Assembly: GCF_000143415.4 (NCBI RefSeq)
Contig: NW_003314269.1
Location: forward strand, 3,602,673-3,666,672
Length of the DNA stretch: 64,000 nt
Reading direction: 5' to 3'
Source: Selaginella moellendorffii
Lineage: Eukaryota; Plantae; Lycopodiophyta
Numbering within the stretch: the stretch's first letter is position 1; each line of letters opens with the position of its first letter. The notes beneath the pieces are model-generated. The model did no database searches. It saw only the letters and a list, made by a program, of their open reading frames with translations, and had not been told where the DNA came from. The position numbers and the translations under genes were made by a program. Of this stretch, positions 49,024-62,079 are shown in pieces.

Positions 49024-51595
49024 ATCTGCAAGAGAAAAAAAGATGAAAACTTGGGTATATCCATGAGAAGTTCGAGGGAGACTAGCCTTTCTGGACAGAT
49101 TTGTTGCCCTCCATTTTAATTCCAATCAATGAAGCACAAGAAATCGATCGGTTGACCCAGCTTTCATGCAGTAGACGATTCCACAAAGTTTATAAAAATC
49201 GGCGAGAGCGAGAGATTGGATCCTAGAAGTCGAAGAAGGTAAGAATTCCGGGAGAGAAGAACTCGTCCTTGCGTGCGTTGTATAGCTTGTGAATTGGCCT
49301 TCGAGAGGGAAATGAGAGTGATCGCTTGATCCCAAAGATTGTGGCGCCACGCATGCGAAGAAAAACTAATGTGTGCTGAGCTGAGCACGACCCAAAGAAT
49401 GAACGAGCTAAACTTGACGGTAGTTGCAACGCCAAGCACGGCGAGAAAAAGAAACACAAGGGGTCGCCACGCTCACTCGACGATCCAAGTTTAAAATCCC
49501 AGAAAAAGGAACAAATCAAAAGAAAAAAATGGCCGAAATGAATGCTCGTCGATCAAAAGAGAAAGAACCACGAAGAACCAAGAACGAAACCAAACGAGAA
49601 CGAAAGAAAAAATCAAAAGAACCTTGGGATGAAATGCGATTGATCGAGCGAGAGCCTGGACAAAAATCAACACGAAACGAGCGCGAAGAACATTATAAGA
49701 AGGTATCGGCGATGGCGGAAAGGGGTGAACGGTGGACGGCGAAGCAATGAGTAGCGTAGGATCGTCCATCCGACGGCCACAGCCCCGCCACGCGTTCAAG
49801 TTGTGCGTCCTCGGCGAGTAAAGTGAGTGGTCGGTTTGGCGTGGGGCCCGAAGCACATACCCGAAGAGGAATTGCAAGACGGGGTCTTTAGCAAAGCGCG
49901 TGTGTAAAGAGACCCAGAACCCGGAGAGGGGGTGGACGGGTCATTTTCGATATCATGCTTTACAATGAGCGAATTGGCCACACAATTCCGCGGGTCCCCC
50001 GTTCTCCCAGCAAGCAACAAAGAAAGAATTGAGCCCTAGAATTTAGGCGAGGAATTTGAATTTAAATATTTGAATTCCGGCGCGAGTTTCATATTCAAAA
50101 TTGTCCGTTTGCCCTAATTTCCCGTGAAGGGAATGTTTAGAGCTGACTTTTAAATCTCTTGGGCGAAGTCATCTGCCCCAAACACTTTGGTTTCATCATT
50201 TGAGTGTGGGATCTCCCTAACAATCTCATTGGAAATAAAGAAATTACCTTACGCGATATGAAATGATCAGATCCATGGCACTCATTCACTGCCAAGTTGG
50301 CCCCCGTCAATATACAAGAAACAAGTCCTTCTATTAGTCAACAACAATATTCCGATTCATTCATCCAATGTTTCCATTCTATGCTTTTTCGGGCGCTAGA
50401 TGGAAATCTTTTAAGAAAAAATAAAGGCAAAAAAAGGGGGGCAGCAACTTGACTGTTGGACAACGCGGCGGAGATCAAAAGAACATTATATTTTCCAACG
50501 CTGCTTTGTGCGCCCCTTTCTCCACAACCTTCTTATAAAGTCTGTGGATACCAACTTTTCTCCACAACTTCGATCTAGCTAGCTCCAAGAATGGGAAAGA
50601 GAGAGGGGAATCATGCCATAACATTTGGGCTCCACACGCCAAAAGAAAAGAAAAAAACAAGAAAAGATTCCCGTGCATATTCTCATATGTACCGTACACG
50701 TAAAACTGGCCACCCCCGTTGAAACGTGGGTCCTGCAAACGCTGCGCGTGACGGAGAATGGGCCCCATGATATGTCAAGTGGCCTATCCATGAAATACCA
50801 ACCAAACCAACCTTGTGAATTTTAACACTCCCAAACAAAAAGGAAGCATTTGATCAAAGGTTTTCCGTACCAACTGAAAAGCAACCAAAGCTTAGCCATA
50901 ATGTGTCCATTCATATCAATTGGGTGGTGGGTTGGTTATAATGCACACATCAAAGAGGTCCATAAAATCCCGTGGCCCACAGGCGTCTCTCTCGCCGTAT
51001 AAGTATTCCTTTGAGATTCTCAGGTGTATTCGTGTACGTATCTATCACCTTGGGGGGCTTTGCGTCTCCATGGGATTGAAGGAAGAAGCTTCTCACAATC
51101 ATCATAAAGATGGCAGATATTTCTAGTTTAGGGTTCATGCCACCCATGAATGATCCCCCGCTCCCAAAAACCGACAGCATGCCTTTACAACCGACAGTGT
51201 GAGTGATTTTTCTTGCTTAAACAAGACGTGTTATATTCCCAGGGAATCTTACGCTTTGAGACTCTAGGTGTATGGAAGTGACAAGAACGATCCATAGGCT
51301 AGGAGTCAATCCCATCCATCTCGAGAAACTTTTCAAGCATGGGGGAGAGAGAAATCAACTTTGGTAACAATGTTGGGGGGTTTTTTTTTCGATCTTGCTT
51401 GGTTGCATGATATCTATCGTTTTCTAGATTTGTAGAATCATAGCAAAGTGCATTAGAGAACCGCCCAGCCCTACATTTTTTTCTCCTCAAGCCAAGCGTC
51501 ATTACATTAGATAACTTTAGCTGATTGCGAGCGGAGAAAGAAGATCAAAGCACAAGCGACAAGTTGTCTCAAACAGCAAAAGACAAAGACAGCAT

Positions 51596-51787
51596 GACAC
51601 GTGGCATGCCGGCCCCAACCAGCACTCGATTGGCCGGCGACCGACCCACACTTCCTCGCACTGTCACGTGGTACGCATGGCACGTCACTCGCAGACGTGT
51701 TTGCCACATCAGCAAGAAAAAATGCCACATCAGATACACTGCCCTTGAGATTCGAACCCTAAACCTTCCATCTAGGTTTTAGGGTTC
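51596..51787 (+). promoter_or_regulatory. G-box/ABRE and telo-box cluster upstream of RPP2
   Basis: CACGTG at 51598-51603 and 51665-51670, AACCCTAAA near 51755, TTAGGGTT near 51779. Motif match only. Confidence 0.45.
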
Positions 51788-51817
51788 CAAGAAGGAAGAA
51801 GGCGGCGTCCGGCAACA

Positions 51818-52265
51818 ATGAAGCTGATTGCGGCATATCTCCTCGCGGTGTTGGGCGGGAACGAGTGCCCCTCCTCGGACGACATCAAGGGGATCCTCTC
51901 ATCAGGTAAGCCATCGATCGATAGGTAACACGAATCTTACGATCCAACGCAGTGGGAGCCGAGGCCGATGAGACCAAGCTCTCGCATCTGATGAGCGAGC
52001 TCGAGGGCAAGGACATTGTGGAGCTAATCGCCGAGGGAAGGGACAAGTTTGCGTCGGTTCCCAGCGGCGGCGCTGGCGGCGCCGTGGCGGCCGCTGCCCC
52101 CGCTGCCTCCTCCGCCGCCGCCGCCCCCGAGGCTGCCAAGGAAGCACCAAAGGAGGAAGAGAAAGAGGAATCCGATGACGTAAGTTGCTTCCTTCTTCTC
52201 TCTTGCGCGCTAACACAAAGAATTGCCTCGCCTTACAGGACATGGGATTTAGCTTGTTCGAATAG
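51818..52265 (+). CDS. RPP2: 60S acidic ribosomal protein P2
   Basis: [29 protein letters not shown], Ala-rich hinge, [16 protein letters not shown]; 3 exons. Confidence 0.96.
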
Positions 52266-52479
52266 CGTGGATCTCTTGTTTTGGAAGTTTTTACTATAGA
52301 TTGAAAATCAATCAATCCATTTTGTTTCTTGCAATTGTTGAATCAAGTTGGATCATCAAACATAGAGAAATCATCGAACTTAAACATAGATGCCGTCTAC
52401 AAAAATTCGAGAAACTTCATGACTCTCCAAAACAAATGGAAATACCAAACTGCCTGTGAGTAGGATGACAACCGGTTTG

Positions 52480-54282
52480 TCACTGTTGCTTGCATTCTGG
52501 GGGCTGGTCGCCACTAGCCTGCTTCTTCACCGCAGCCTTTGTCCGAGGAGCCGCCGGCTACATTGACAAAGAATCTTAGCTATGGATGAATAAAGAAAAC
52601 CAAAACTCTACCTTGCGTGCGCTTCCTTCGTCTTCCTCCTCTTCGTCCTCCTCATCCTCCTCCTCCTCATCGTCCTCCTCCTCGTCATCGCTTTCCGTGT
52701 CGTTCTCGTCATCCACGTCTTCATACTCGTCCCCTTGCAAGGCCTCGCCAGTGAACCACGAAACTGCGTGGGGAATAATCTTCTCCTTGATGGTCGATCT
52801 GTAGTTGCATAGCACCAGAGCTTAGCGACGACCAGAAAACGGACTTTTCACTTTCACTCACCCAATCTCGTAGTCCTGTTCCATCAAGTCCTGCAGTTGT
52901 TCAGCCTGTCAAACCGAAGAAAGGAAACGAGAGGAAAGGAGAAATGTTATATCCGCATTATGTGCTGTACGTAGTCGAAAACTTACATCAGTCGCATCGA
53001 TGTCGTCATCGTCGTCTGGCACTAGAGGCGGACTGAAGAAGTTGAAGAAGCTGTCACACTGTTCTGTCTTTGTGACCGGCTTGGTATTCTTCGCTCCCTT
53101 CTTTGGCTTCTTCTTCAAAATCTTCTGAGTTAGATTCTTCCCGGCATGCCACTCGATTTCCGTCCTGTTGTAACATTGTTTCAGGGAAACAACAGGAAAA
53201 GCACGACATCCTACCCGATAGCACGCTCAAGGATAGGCTCGTCCTCGTCCACCATGTGGTACGTCTTGCTCAGCTGTTTCGCTTCATTTGTTAGCATCAA
53301 CCGACGGAGAACGAATTCCACAAAACAACTTACCACTGAATTCCTGAAGTAGGGATTCGTATCGAAGTAAAAATCAAGACGGAACCCTTTCGGGCTTTCC
53401 AAGTTGCACCACTTAATCTCCTTCAGGAACTTTAGTGCTCCCTCGTCTCGTTCAGTAATCTAAAAATCGAAATGTCAGTAAACCAGGTCTGGTGAATCTA
53501 AAGAGATACCCACTTGCATGCCCAGAACTTCATTGGACTTCATAGCCGTGAGCCAGAATTCCGGGACCCCATTCTCTACAATAGATAAAGAAGAAACAAG
53601 GTAAGAACACACCCGTGAAAGAAGGAACTTAGCCAAACCTTCTTCGGTCTTAGCTTCGGCTTCGGCCTCGCCCTTGTTGTCGTCAACATCCACAGCACCG
53701 GTGACAATTTCAAATCGCTGTGACCAGGACAGAATAAGTCTCGTCGACAATTCCACTGAGAAAGTATACCTTCGCGTAGAAGGGAGCATAAAGCTTCTGA
53801 TACTTTGCCTCCAAAATCGCCCTCTCCTCTCTAAACTTCATCTCAACCTCATCGTGTTGTTTCTGTGTGAAAGAGCCATTGTTAAAGAAAGCCCATCGAT
53901 GAAAACACAAACCTGCAAATCCTGCAGTGCTTGGACCCGCTTCTTCACTTTCGGGCTCAGCGATTCCACATAACCTGAAGACTGCCCAGCAAGATATTGG
54001 AGTTTGTCCTGATAAAGAAATTTCATTCCCATTCTTAACCATAGAAATCCCGTGCCGGACAGCGTACCTTGAGCGCATTGACGAGCCCCGCGCGGTCCGC
54101 CGCGGTGAAAGCTGCCACAAACAGCAAAAATGAGCAAAATATTTCGAGGATTCCAGCCAAGAACACTCACTTCCAGTGCCGCCAGGCAACGCGCCGCCCA
54201 AATCCCCCACCGAGAAGGCCGAAATCTGCTGCTCCTTGCCACCGCCGTTGCCGCCGCCTCCAGCGCCCTGCTCGCTACTCAT
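52480..54282 (-). CDS. NAP1: nucleosome assembly protein 1
   Basis: [69 protein letters not shown], acidic tail, C-terminal CKQQ farnesylation motif. Confidence 0.95.
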
Positions 54283-54676
54283 CCTTGAAACCCTAGCCGC
54301 CGCTAGCGAGCGCGAGGGGAACGAGTAGCACACAGGAGGCTTGCCGGTGGTGTCGCCGCCTACTTGCGCTCGCCCTGGCACTGACTGCCCTAAAAGAAGA
54401 ATATATACGGGCCTAGGATCTTTTTCTTGTTTCGGCAAAACCCTAAAACAGAGCCCTAAAACTCCGTGCCCTAAATATCTTTCTCTCTCTCTCTCGGAAC
54501 GAAAGGAATGTAACGTCACCTTTCGCGCAAGAATGTAGCTACTTGTCTTCGTTTGGTAGTTCTTGGTGCTAATCATTCTAACAATCATCACACGGAGAGT
54601 TTCGTTTTGGACATTTGAAATAACTACTTGAGAAAGAACCACGAAGAAGAAAAAAAACACACCCCAAGCTCTTTGT

Positions 54677-55702
54677 TTATTCTTCGTCGTCTTCCTCAAG
54701 CCTGGCAAGAGCTTGTCGGCGCTGCTTATAGCTCTGCTTGAAGCATGCCTGGCGAAGCCTCTTTGTGTCATCCGATAGATCAACCGCGGGGTTTGCTTGC
54801 ATATTCCGTTTCTGCACCTCGAGCTCGCTCACCGCGTCCTCGAATTTCTTCTTCCCCGAGCTCGGGCTCTCTTTGGACAGCTCCTGTAGACACGAGAAAC
54901 ATATCAAAAGATGGAGACGATCCATGGAATCGAGAAACATACAGGGATGAAGAAAGGATAGATGGAATAAGAAACATGAAAGAGAAACATGGAGAGGATC
55001 CATGGAATCGAGAAACATACAGGGATGAAGATGGAATCGAGAAAAAATCAAAGAAACATGAAAGAAGGATCAATGGAATCGGGATGAAGAAATGATCCTT
55101 TCTTCATCCATGTTTCCCATGGGTTGAAGAAAGGATCTCGCGATGGTTACCTGTATATTGTGAATGAGGCCATCCAGGCTCTTGAGCTTGCGATGCGGCC
55201 ACCGCGGGATCCCAAACTCGCGGCACCGCTTCTTGAGGACCGTGAGCCCGACCTTGAGCTTCTTGGACGCCTCCGTGATGGGCATAGCATAGTAGCAAGC
55301 GAGCTCGTCCGGTGTGATTTCCAGCATCCTCTCCGTCGGGCCCGACTTGGGCGATCGCGCCGATCGCTGCCTGCGCTGGCGATTGACAGGAACGTTCTGG
55401 CCGTTCTCCTCGACGAGAGTAGTCTGGCTGCTACTGCTCTCATCGCTGAGGCTGAGAGGCGAAGAGAGAGTTTGCGGCTGCAGTGCAGGAGTGGGAGCGA
55501 GAAATGAAGCGAAGCTAGAATCGGTGTAGAAACCATCGATGAGCATCCCATCACCATCGAAAACAGATTCGACGAACGACGGGTCGAGGAGGAGCTGCCC
55601 ATCGATGTCGCTAGCGTGCTCGTGAAATGCAGTTGCGAAGACGGAGCTCGGAATTGGCGAAAGAACCAAGTCGGACTCGGAAGAGGACTCAGAGATTGCC
55701 AT
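54677..55702 (-). CDS. RWP-RK domain transcription factor (RKD-type), 2 exons
   Basis: [40 protein letters not shown]. Second exon has the RKD motif [23 protein letters not shown]. No PB1 domain. Intron 54884-55150. Confidence 0.92.
54890..55135. repeat. intronic minisatellite (~78-bp period) with an inverted copy
   Basis: atggaga.gatccatggaatcgagaaacatacagggatgaag at 54911 and 54989. Stem GGATGAAGAAA (55082-55092) / TTTCTTCATCC (55099-55109). Confidence 0.8.
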
Positions 55703-55910
55703 CGCTGGCTTGATGCAAGGGAAAGAATGACCTAGAAACTTTGAGAGAGCGTGTGTGTGGTCTCTACCTATAGACAGGAGGGTATTTCGGTAGCGGTGGT
55801 GCTTGGTGTTCCACTGCCGCCGTTATGCTACAACCTGCCAGCGTGGCATCTGGTTCAAAAAAAACAAGCTGGGTTTGACCTGTGGTTTTAGTAACATTAG
55901 CCCTTAATAA

Positions 55911-57935
55911 TCAAATACGGTCTAAGATGTATGTTTTGCTATGCGTAGATACTTTCTTTGAAATTCCCCTGCTGTTCATCCCTCCCTCTCCCGCCCCCTG
56001 GGCTTTGAAATTGCCCTGCTGACGACAATGGATCAAAGCGCTGCCCTCGCAAGAGATCTTCCCAGAGACGCTCAATTGCCTCACCGCGCAGCAAACTCTC
56101 GAAACTCCACACCATTTGGCGCCTGGAAGAGCGCGAATCTCGAGATCCTTTGAGTCGATGGGCTCCGGATTCGAGATCCAGGACGAGGCGGACATGGATT
56201 ACCAGGGAGTTTGCAGGGGAATCGTGGTCGCATACGCGAGCTTCGGTGCTCAAGCCGCCCAGCAGCACCATGGCCAGCACCAGGACGGTTTGCTTCGCAA
56301 TGTTCGTGGCGGATCCCATCCAGCCGCTCCAGATCCAGGAGAGATTCCTGTGACACCATTTCGAGCACGCGGACCCCGCGTTCCAGGAGGCCGAGGTCAC
56401 CATCGGGTACCGGAGGACGTAACCACCGTGAAGCTCACCTGATCGCGCGGCGTGAATCTGTCGAGCTCGTTGAACCACATGACAAGAGGTTGCTGAGGGG
56501 CGTGTGCTCTCTCAGCACCGTGCTCACCAGATCTTACGGAAGGAGCCCGTCGTGCTCTCGCAGACAAGATCATCGCGCAAGTTCCATGGCGGATCAACAT
56601 GTTCGAGGATTGTGAGAGGCGGAACTTCGTGTGGCCGATGCCACCAGACAATCAAAGATCACATGTTTTCTTCTCACACAATATTTCTTGACAGGAACAG
56701 AAAGAATGCAAGCAGTGAATGCTCGATTGTTATTTAGAGCTTGCTGGATGGCGTTTGAACGCTTGATCAGGTTATTTGAGCGAGTGTTGGGCAACCAGCA
56801 ATTGTCATGGTGCTTCTCAGCTCCTGCTTGAGCATGTCTAGCACTTTCACACGCCTTGTTCGCCATCGATGGCCGGGCCGAACAAGAGAGGCCTCCCAAC
56901 CTGGTAGAATTCACAGCATCACTATTGCTCCCGAAAGGAAAAAAGTGAACGTGTTCATGAATCTTATAATGCGATTCGACGTAGACGAAATCCAACGAGT
57001 CACCTTTAAGGTGATGGATTTGTCTGTGTACTCGGATGCGATGCAGGCACGATCTGTTGGCTGCAACAAGAAAAAACAAAAGGAAAGGCCTGGAAATGCT
57101 GAAAAGTAAAATATACCATGTCATCCATGCTGATGGCAAAACTAGTCGGCTCCAACCCTGGATTCTAACGCTTGCTTTAAGTTACATCTTCTCTTTTGTC
57201 GAGAATTGCAGTGAGAACAATGGCGGTAGCCTCTCTGCACAAGCAGCATGCTCCATAGCTCTAACCTTGTTGAATATCTAAATAAGGAGAAAAGGAGCAT
57301 TGTATGGCAAATATTCAGATTTAAATTGGCACAAACTTTTGTGTACTTCTGAGCGTTTCCTATGGTCACTAAAACGCTGTCAAATCTATCCACTGTAGAG
57401 GAAATCTTTGATATTGGAAAGTGTAATGGAGACGCCGGCCCTTGCAAAAATCCTCCTTGTTGGTTGTTTGGTGGCCCTGGAGCTGATAAACGATGGAGGC
57501 GCATCGCATTTCTCAGCAGCCGCCCAGTTTTTCGCCAGAATTTCACGAATTTGACGACACCATCCCTGCCAATCATTTCCAAATCCTCTCCCGCCCCTTG
57601 ATGGCTTTGCCAATGTCCAGTGGATCAAGAGCTCCAGATGCGAGATCCAGGATGAGGGCGACATGAATTAACTCCTGCTTCGCAATGTTCACTGATGATG
57701 AAGCACTGGAATCCCTCCAGAAGGAAGAATCATCGCCATAGGAAGAGGGAGACAACCGATCCGAGGGTGAAATTCCAAGGATGATGCACAGGCTTGTCCA
57801 AATGCATGCTTCTCCATCTGGATATTCTTTGAAAGAAACAATGCCAGTGACTTTTAGCTCCTAGGATGGTTGAATCTCCTGTAGTGTTCGATTGATTTAT
57901 ATGAGTGAATGTTTGACAACCAGCAATTGTCATAT
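55911..57935 (-). pseudogene. two diverged tandem fragments of an unidentified gene family
   Basis: Shared blocks catgacaattgctggttg (~56790-56808 and ~57917-57934), NIAKQ..., and HVRLVLDLESGA vs HVALILDLASGA. Reading frames are disrupted. Confidence 0.4.
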
Positions 57936-57959
57936 ATGGTGCATTGTTCCCTCTCTCTT

Positions 57960-60560
57960 TTGGCTAACCTGATTCATAGGGACTAAAAACATTACAAAAC
58001 AATTTGTACTACTCATGGTCCTTATGGGTGACTCCTCTATGAAGCTAAAACCACCTATTATAAGGATCATGAGACTCTCCCTAGGATGCTACTCCATTTG
58101 ATCGCCAAGACCCTAATCTGTTTTCCAAGCCATATCTTAGGGCATGACCCTTCTCTAACTTAAACCACCAGAGCATGCATCCTGCTCGTGATGTGTTAAA
58201 CCTTATTTGAAGCATCACGATCAAGAGATCCCAAAAATCCCCATTGCAAGGCTTTATGTCACTCTACCTAATTTGATCTATCCCCTGAAGGTATCATAGA
58301 ACCTACTGTAGATAATAGTCTAGCAGTTTATATGATGGCTATACACTATTAGCATCTGATGTGCCCCAAAGTGGTAGGCAGCCAAAGTCCATGGTGTGGC
58401 ATGATATCCTAGAAATCCAGATTATTGCCTAATAAATGTTATATTTGATGGCCTAATTTGACATGTTAGTCATTGTTATAACACTTTGATACACCCATAT
58501 TGGATAATCATTAAGCAGGTCCAAAACAACAAATTCCTCAGTCCACTCTTTAAGTTCCTCTCATATATGAGGTTGATATTATTTTACATTATCTGAATGG
58601 TTAGCTTGTGTAATGGTCTTCTTTGGGCACCACTTTCACCTAGTACAATATATTGAGGCTATGGAAGCAATCAAAACCACCAATCATATTGTTAGATCTT
58701 AGAACAATATACCAAAGTCTCAAAAGGAAGAGGAAAGAGAAACTAGTCATAAAAGGAAGAGAGAGAAAGGAATATAAAAAGTAATATAACATATTCTCAC
58801 CACCTTGCAACCCAATACTCACATCATTCACCTTATGAACTTGTTGGAAAAGGATAAGCAACTGATTCAACTCCACATCAGATATTCAAGTGTCATAGGA
58901 TAAATCAGCTTCATCCCATTAGTTATGGTGCTACTAGTATACATCCTACTCTACAATCCTTTATAGAAATAACAATATTCTATCTTTAAGAGCACATTTG
59001 GTATAGGTATTGTAGAAAGTGGTAATGGTCCTTAATGTCCCTTCAACTCAGAAACATAAAATAAATAAAAATCTTTCTCATGAGGTTTTAAAATAATGAT
59101 GCTTTAAATTTATATATGAATTAAAAGCATACCAAAAAGCTCCTCTTGAGGCTGCCTCTTTTAATGGTGATAAATACTTAAATTTCCATAGGGCATATTT
59201 ACATAAGAGGTAGTGTGTTTTTTGCTAGTATACACCTTAAGATGTTAAGTTTCTTCCAAGTCTATTATAATTTATAAAACACCAAAAACAATTAACAAAC
59301 AAGGTAAAAGAAATCATAATAAAAGAGTATTACATTTTTTTTAGGATGACAAACATAAAACTTATTCCTGGTTTTAAAGTACAGCTAGCACCTAGACATC
59401 ATCTTTCCTCACCTTCTTTTATACTTCTCAAAGCATTATCAATTGAATGGGAAGTACTTCTTGTGTAAGAATAATAACTTAAAGAATGTGCATTAGATGC
59501 TATAGATCTTAAGGAAGAGTATAACTTTTATTTCACACTAGTGAACAATTGAGATTTGAAGTCCATGGGTGTGCTCTAGTTCTTTGTGTCAGCCATAAGG
59601 CTATTATAAGGATGCCATAAATGACTACCAACAATAATGTAATGATTTATGACTTGGGGGATTGTATCTATAACTTATTAGCCAAGTATTCCCATAGATG
59701 CTTTAGAACTGTCATCTCAAGCTCTAAAACCTAATGCTTTTGTGTTTAGTTCTTCTTCTCTTGATGAACTTTACACTTGAAATTTAAACAAAGGTTTATA
59801 TTGTTAATACACTAAAGAGAAAAGTTTAAAGGCAAAAAATCATGATTGAGGAATATCCTAGAGTATGCTTAGATATTTTACATATATCACAAATAAGAAT
59901 CCCAATTCAGATTTATGATGATTATCATGGTAATAAGAGTGGCCTCTTACATAGCCTTCTTTGGTCTAGAAAAGAGAAAAAAGAGAGCCATGCCTAAAGG
60001 AGTACAATTCAATAGTCATTTATAGCTTTTGATGTTTCAAGTAGTTTGGTTGTTATAACCAATATAACTCAATATAATCATAACATCCAAAATAATAATT
60101 TTTTGTGAGAAAAGGGAAGTATAATAAGCTTATGTGTGTCAAGGTGTTAATTAAGATGTTGATATTAAATATGCAGTGGTGGAGGTGGTGAGGAATATAT
60201 CAAGTACATTCTTTAGTATATAAAGAGAGTATATTCTAGGGATTGATTCTATCACAACATTCCTTTCTTTTATTCATGAACTCTCCTCTTTATTTTTAAC
60301 ACACCAGAGAGTTTACTTGCCCTATGAATCTGTAAAAGGATTAAGAAGAATGGAGGTGGAAAGTTAGGGTTTTGGGTGATTTGATGCATAGATTGTGGAG
60401 CAATAATTCTTATGGGATATAGAATGGATTAAGGTGATTTTTGTTGTGGAGGAGGCATTGTATTATAATCTATCCAATGATCTAAAATGGCTAGGTTTGG
60501 TATAAAGAATCATAAGAGTTTAGGATTTTATTGTTAAGCTTAAAATACCTTATTTATTTA
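57960..60560. mobile_element. AT-rich decayed transposon-like sequence, unclassified
   Basis: CpG-poor, stop-riddled coding-like stretches between recognisable TE relics. No intact diagnostic motif. Confidence 0.3.
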
Positions 60561-60830
60561 TTTTTGGTTTGCTTAAGCAAACCTGGATGGTAGTGGATAT
60601 ACCTAGAATATGCTTGGATCTTTTAGGATATTCTACCATTTAACAGTTATTATTCATTTAGATTAATCTTGTATTTATAGTTTATAAACATAATTTATAA
60701 ACTTTTTAAAACACTTTCTAGTATATTCTTTTTTATTCTACCATCTAAAGGTTGATAGGCAGTAAGATTAATCTTGTGTTTATAAATTATAAACATGTTT
60801 ATAATTATAAACTTTTATTTGATCAAATGG
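60560..60830 (+). repeat. AT-rich dispersed repeat, homologous to 7420-7640, with an internal duplication
   Basis: Same blocks as 7420-7640. gattaatcttgt.tttata..tt.ataaacat appears twice. Confidence 0.7.
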
Positions 60831-60899
60831 ATTAAACAAGTAAGAATAACATTATTATTAAAAAAAACCAAGCATTGCGACATGCAATATATATCAAAT

Positions 60900-62050
60900 T
60901 ATTGTTTGTTTTTGTGATTTGTAAATGGGATATATGGGTGGAAGCACCTAGTCTTAAGTTGTGTAGAAAGTGTTTTTTTGATTGATTTAGTGAAGGAATG
61001 AACTGTATACAAATGATTGTTTGATTGTCAAAATATTTTAAAGTGATTTGAGGTATTTAGTGTTTAATTTGTTCAATCAGGGATTTAAAGTTCCGTGACA
61101 TCCAAGATATTATCACTCCACAGTTATCTTGGAGGGCATTATGGGGTTTAGACGGGCAATCAATCTTTATAACATTATAATTTTATCAAAGTTCTTGAGT
61201 ATAAGCAAGGAGGACATATAGACACATTTGGATTCAGTGAAGCTATTCCTAGAGATTTTAAATGTTATAAATGCTGTTTTGCAATGCCACTAGTTCATCA
61301 CCACAATATAAAAATTAAAACCATTGCATTGGGTGAACCCTCTTTCACCCTCAGATAAAAAAACTATTTCTCCAATAATTTGAGCCAATTCACATATTTG
61401 ATTTTGTCATGGTTGAGCTTGATACCTATAAGATCTAACTATAGGAGTTTATCTATGAGTATTATAGCCACTTCAAACAATATATTCATAAATGTGAGCA
61501 AGCGAACATACAATGTAATAGAGTTTTATATGGATATTTTGCATTCAGTTTTGGCTCACAAAGTTCAAGAGAAGTGCAAGAAGCTAGACGAAGATATACA
61601 ACATGCTATCACTCAAGAACTTAAAAAGTTGCTTGAGCCAAAGATGCTCTTTGAGATTATTGGTGCTTTCGAGGAAATCCAATAAAAAATGACTCATAAA
61701 GATAATAATAAAGTGGTTGTGGCTATTGGACAGGTTGATGTTACTCAAAAATATAATGTAAACAACCAAAGAGAATGACTCGAAATACAATCCATACAAT
61801 TTAAATATAAAGACAAAAAATTTATGAACAAAAGTGCACCCCTTTTTCAATTGGTTAATGATCTTGGGATACTTGGGGTTAAACATCCTTGAGTTTAAGT
61901 GGTATTGAGTTATGTGACTTTCTAAAAAATTTAAATTCAAAAGCTTCTATAAAGTTATAACTAAATTCAATTTATTGATACAATACAAATACTAACATTG
62001 TGTATCCACCCTAATGTGAGTTTTTCTAGTGTTATAATCATGATGAGGAA
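60900..62050 (+). mobile_element. degenerate hAT-like transposase relic (C-terminal/dimerisation region)
   Basis: PLHWVNP-like motif near 61321, helical ORF 61380-61685, and LVY..N-like remnant near 62000. Heavily decayed. Confidence 0.35.
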
Positions 62051-62079
62051 TGTTACAAAGCAAATCAAACATATCTAGC

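Noticed and set aside
11746-54282. Epigenetic cluster (ROS3-like, ZOP1, NAP1)
   Set aside because: They are tens of kb apart among unrelated genes; chance co-occurrence is expected in a gene-dense genome.
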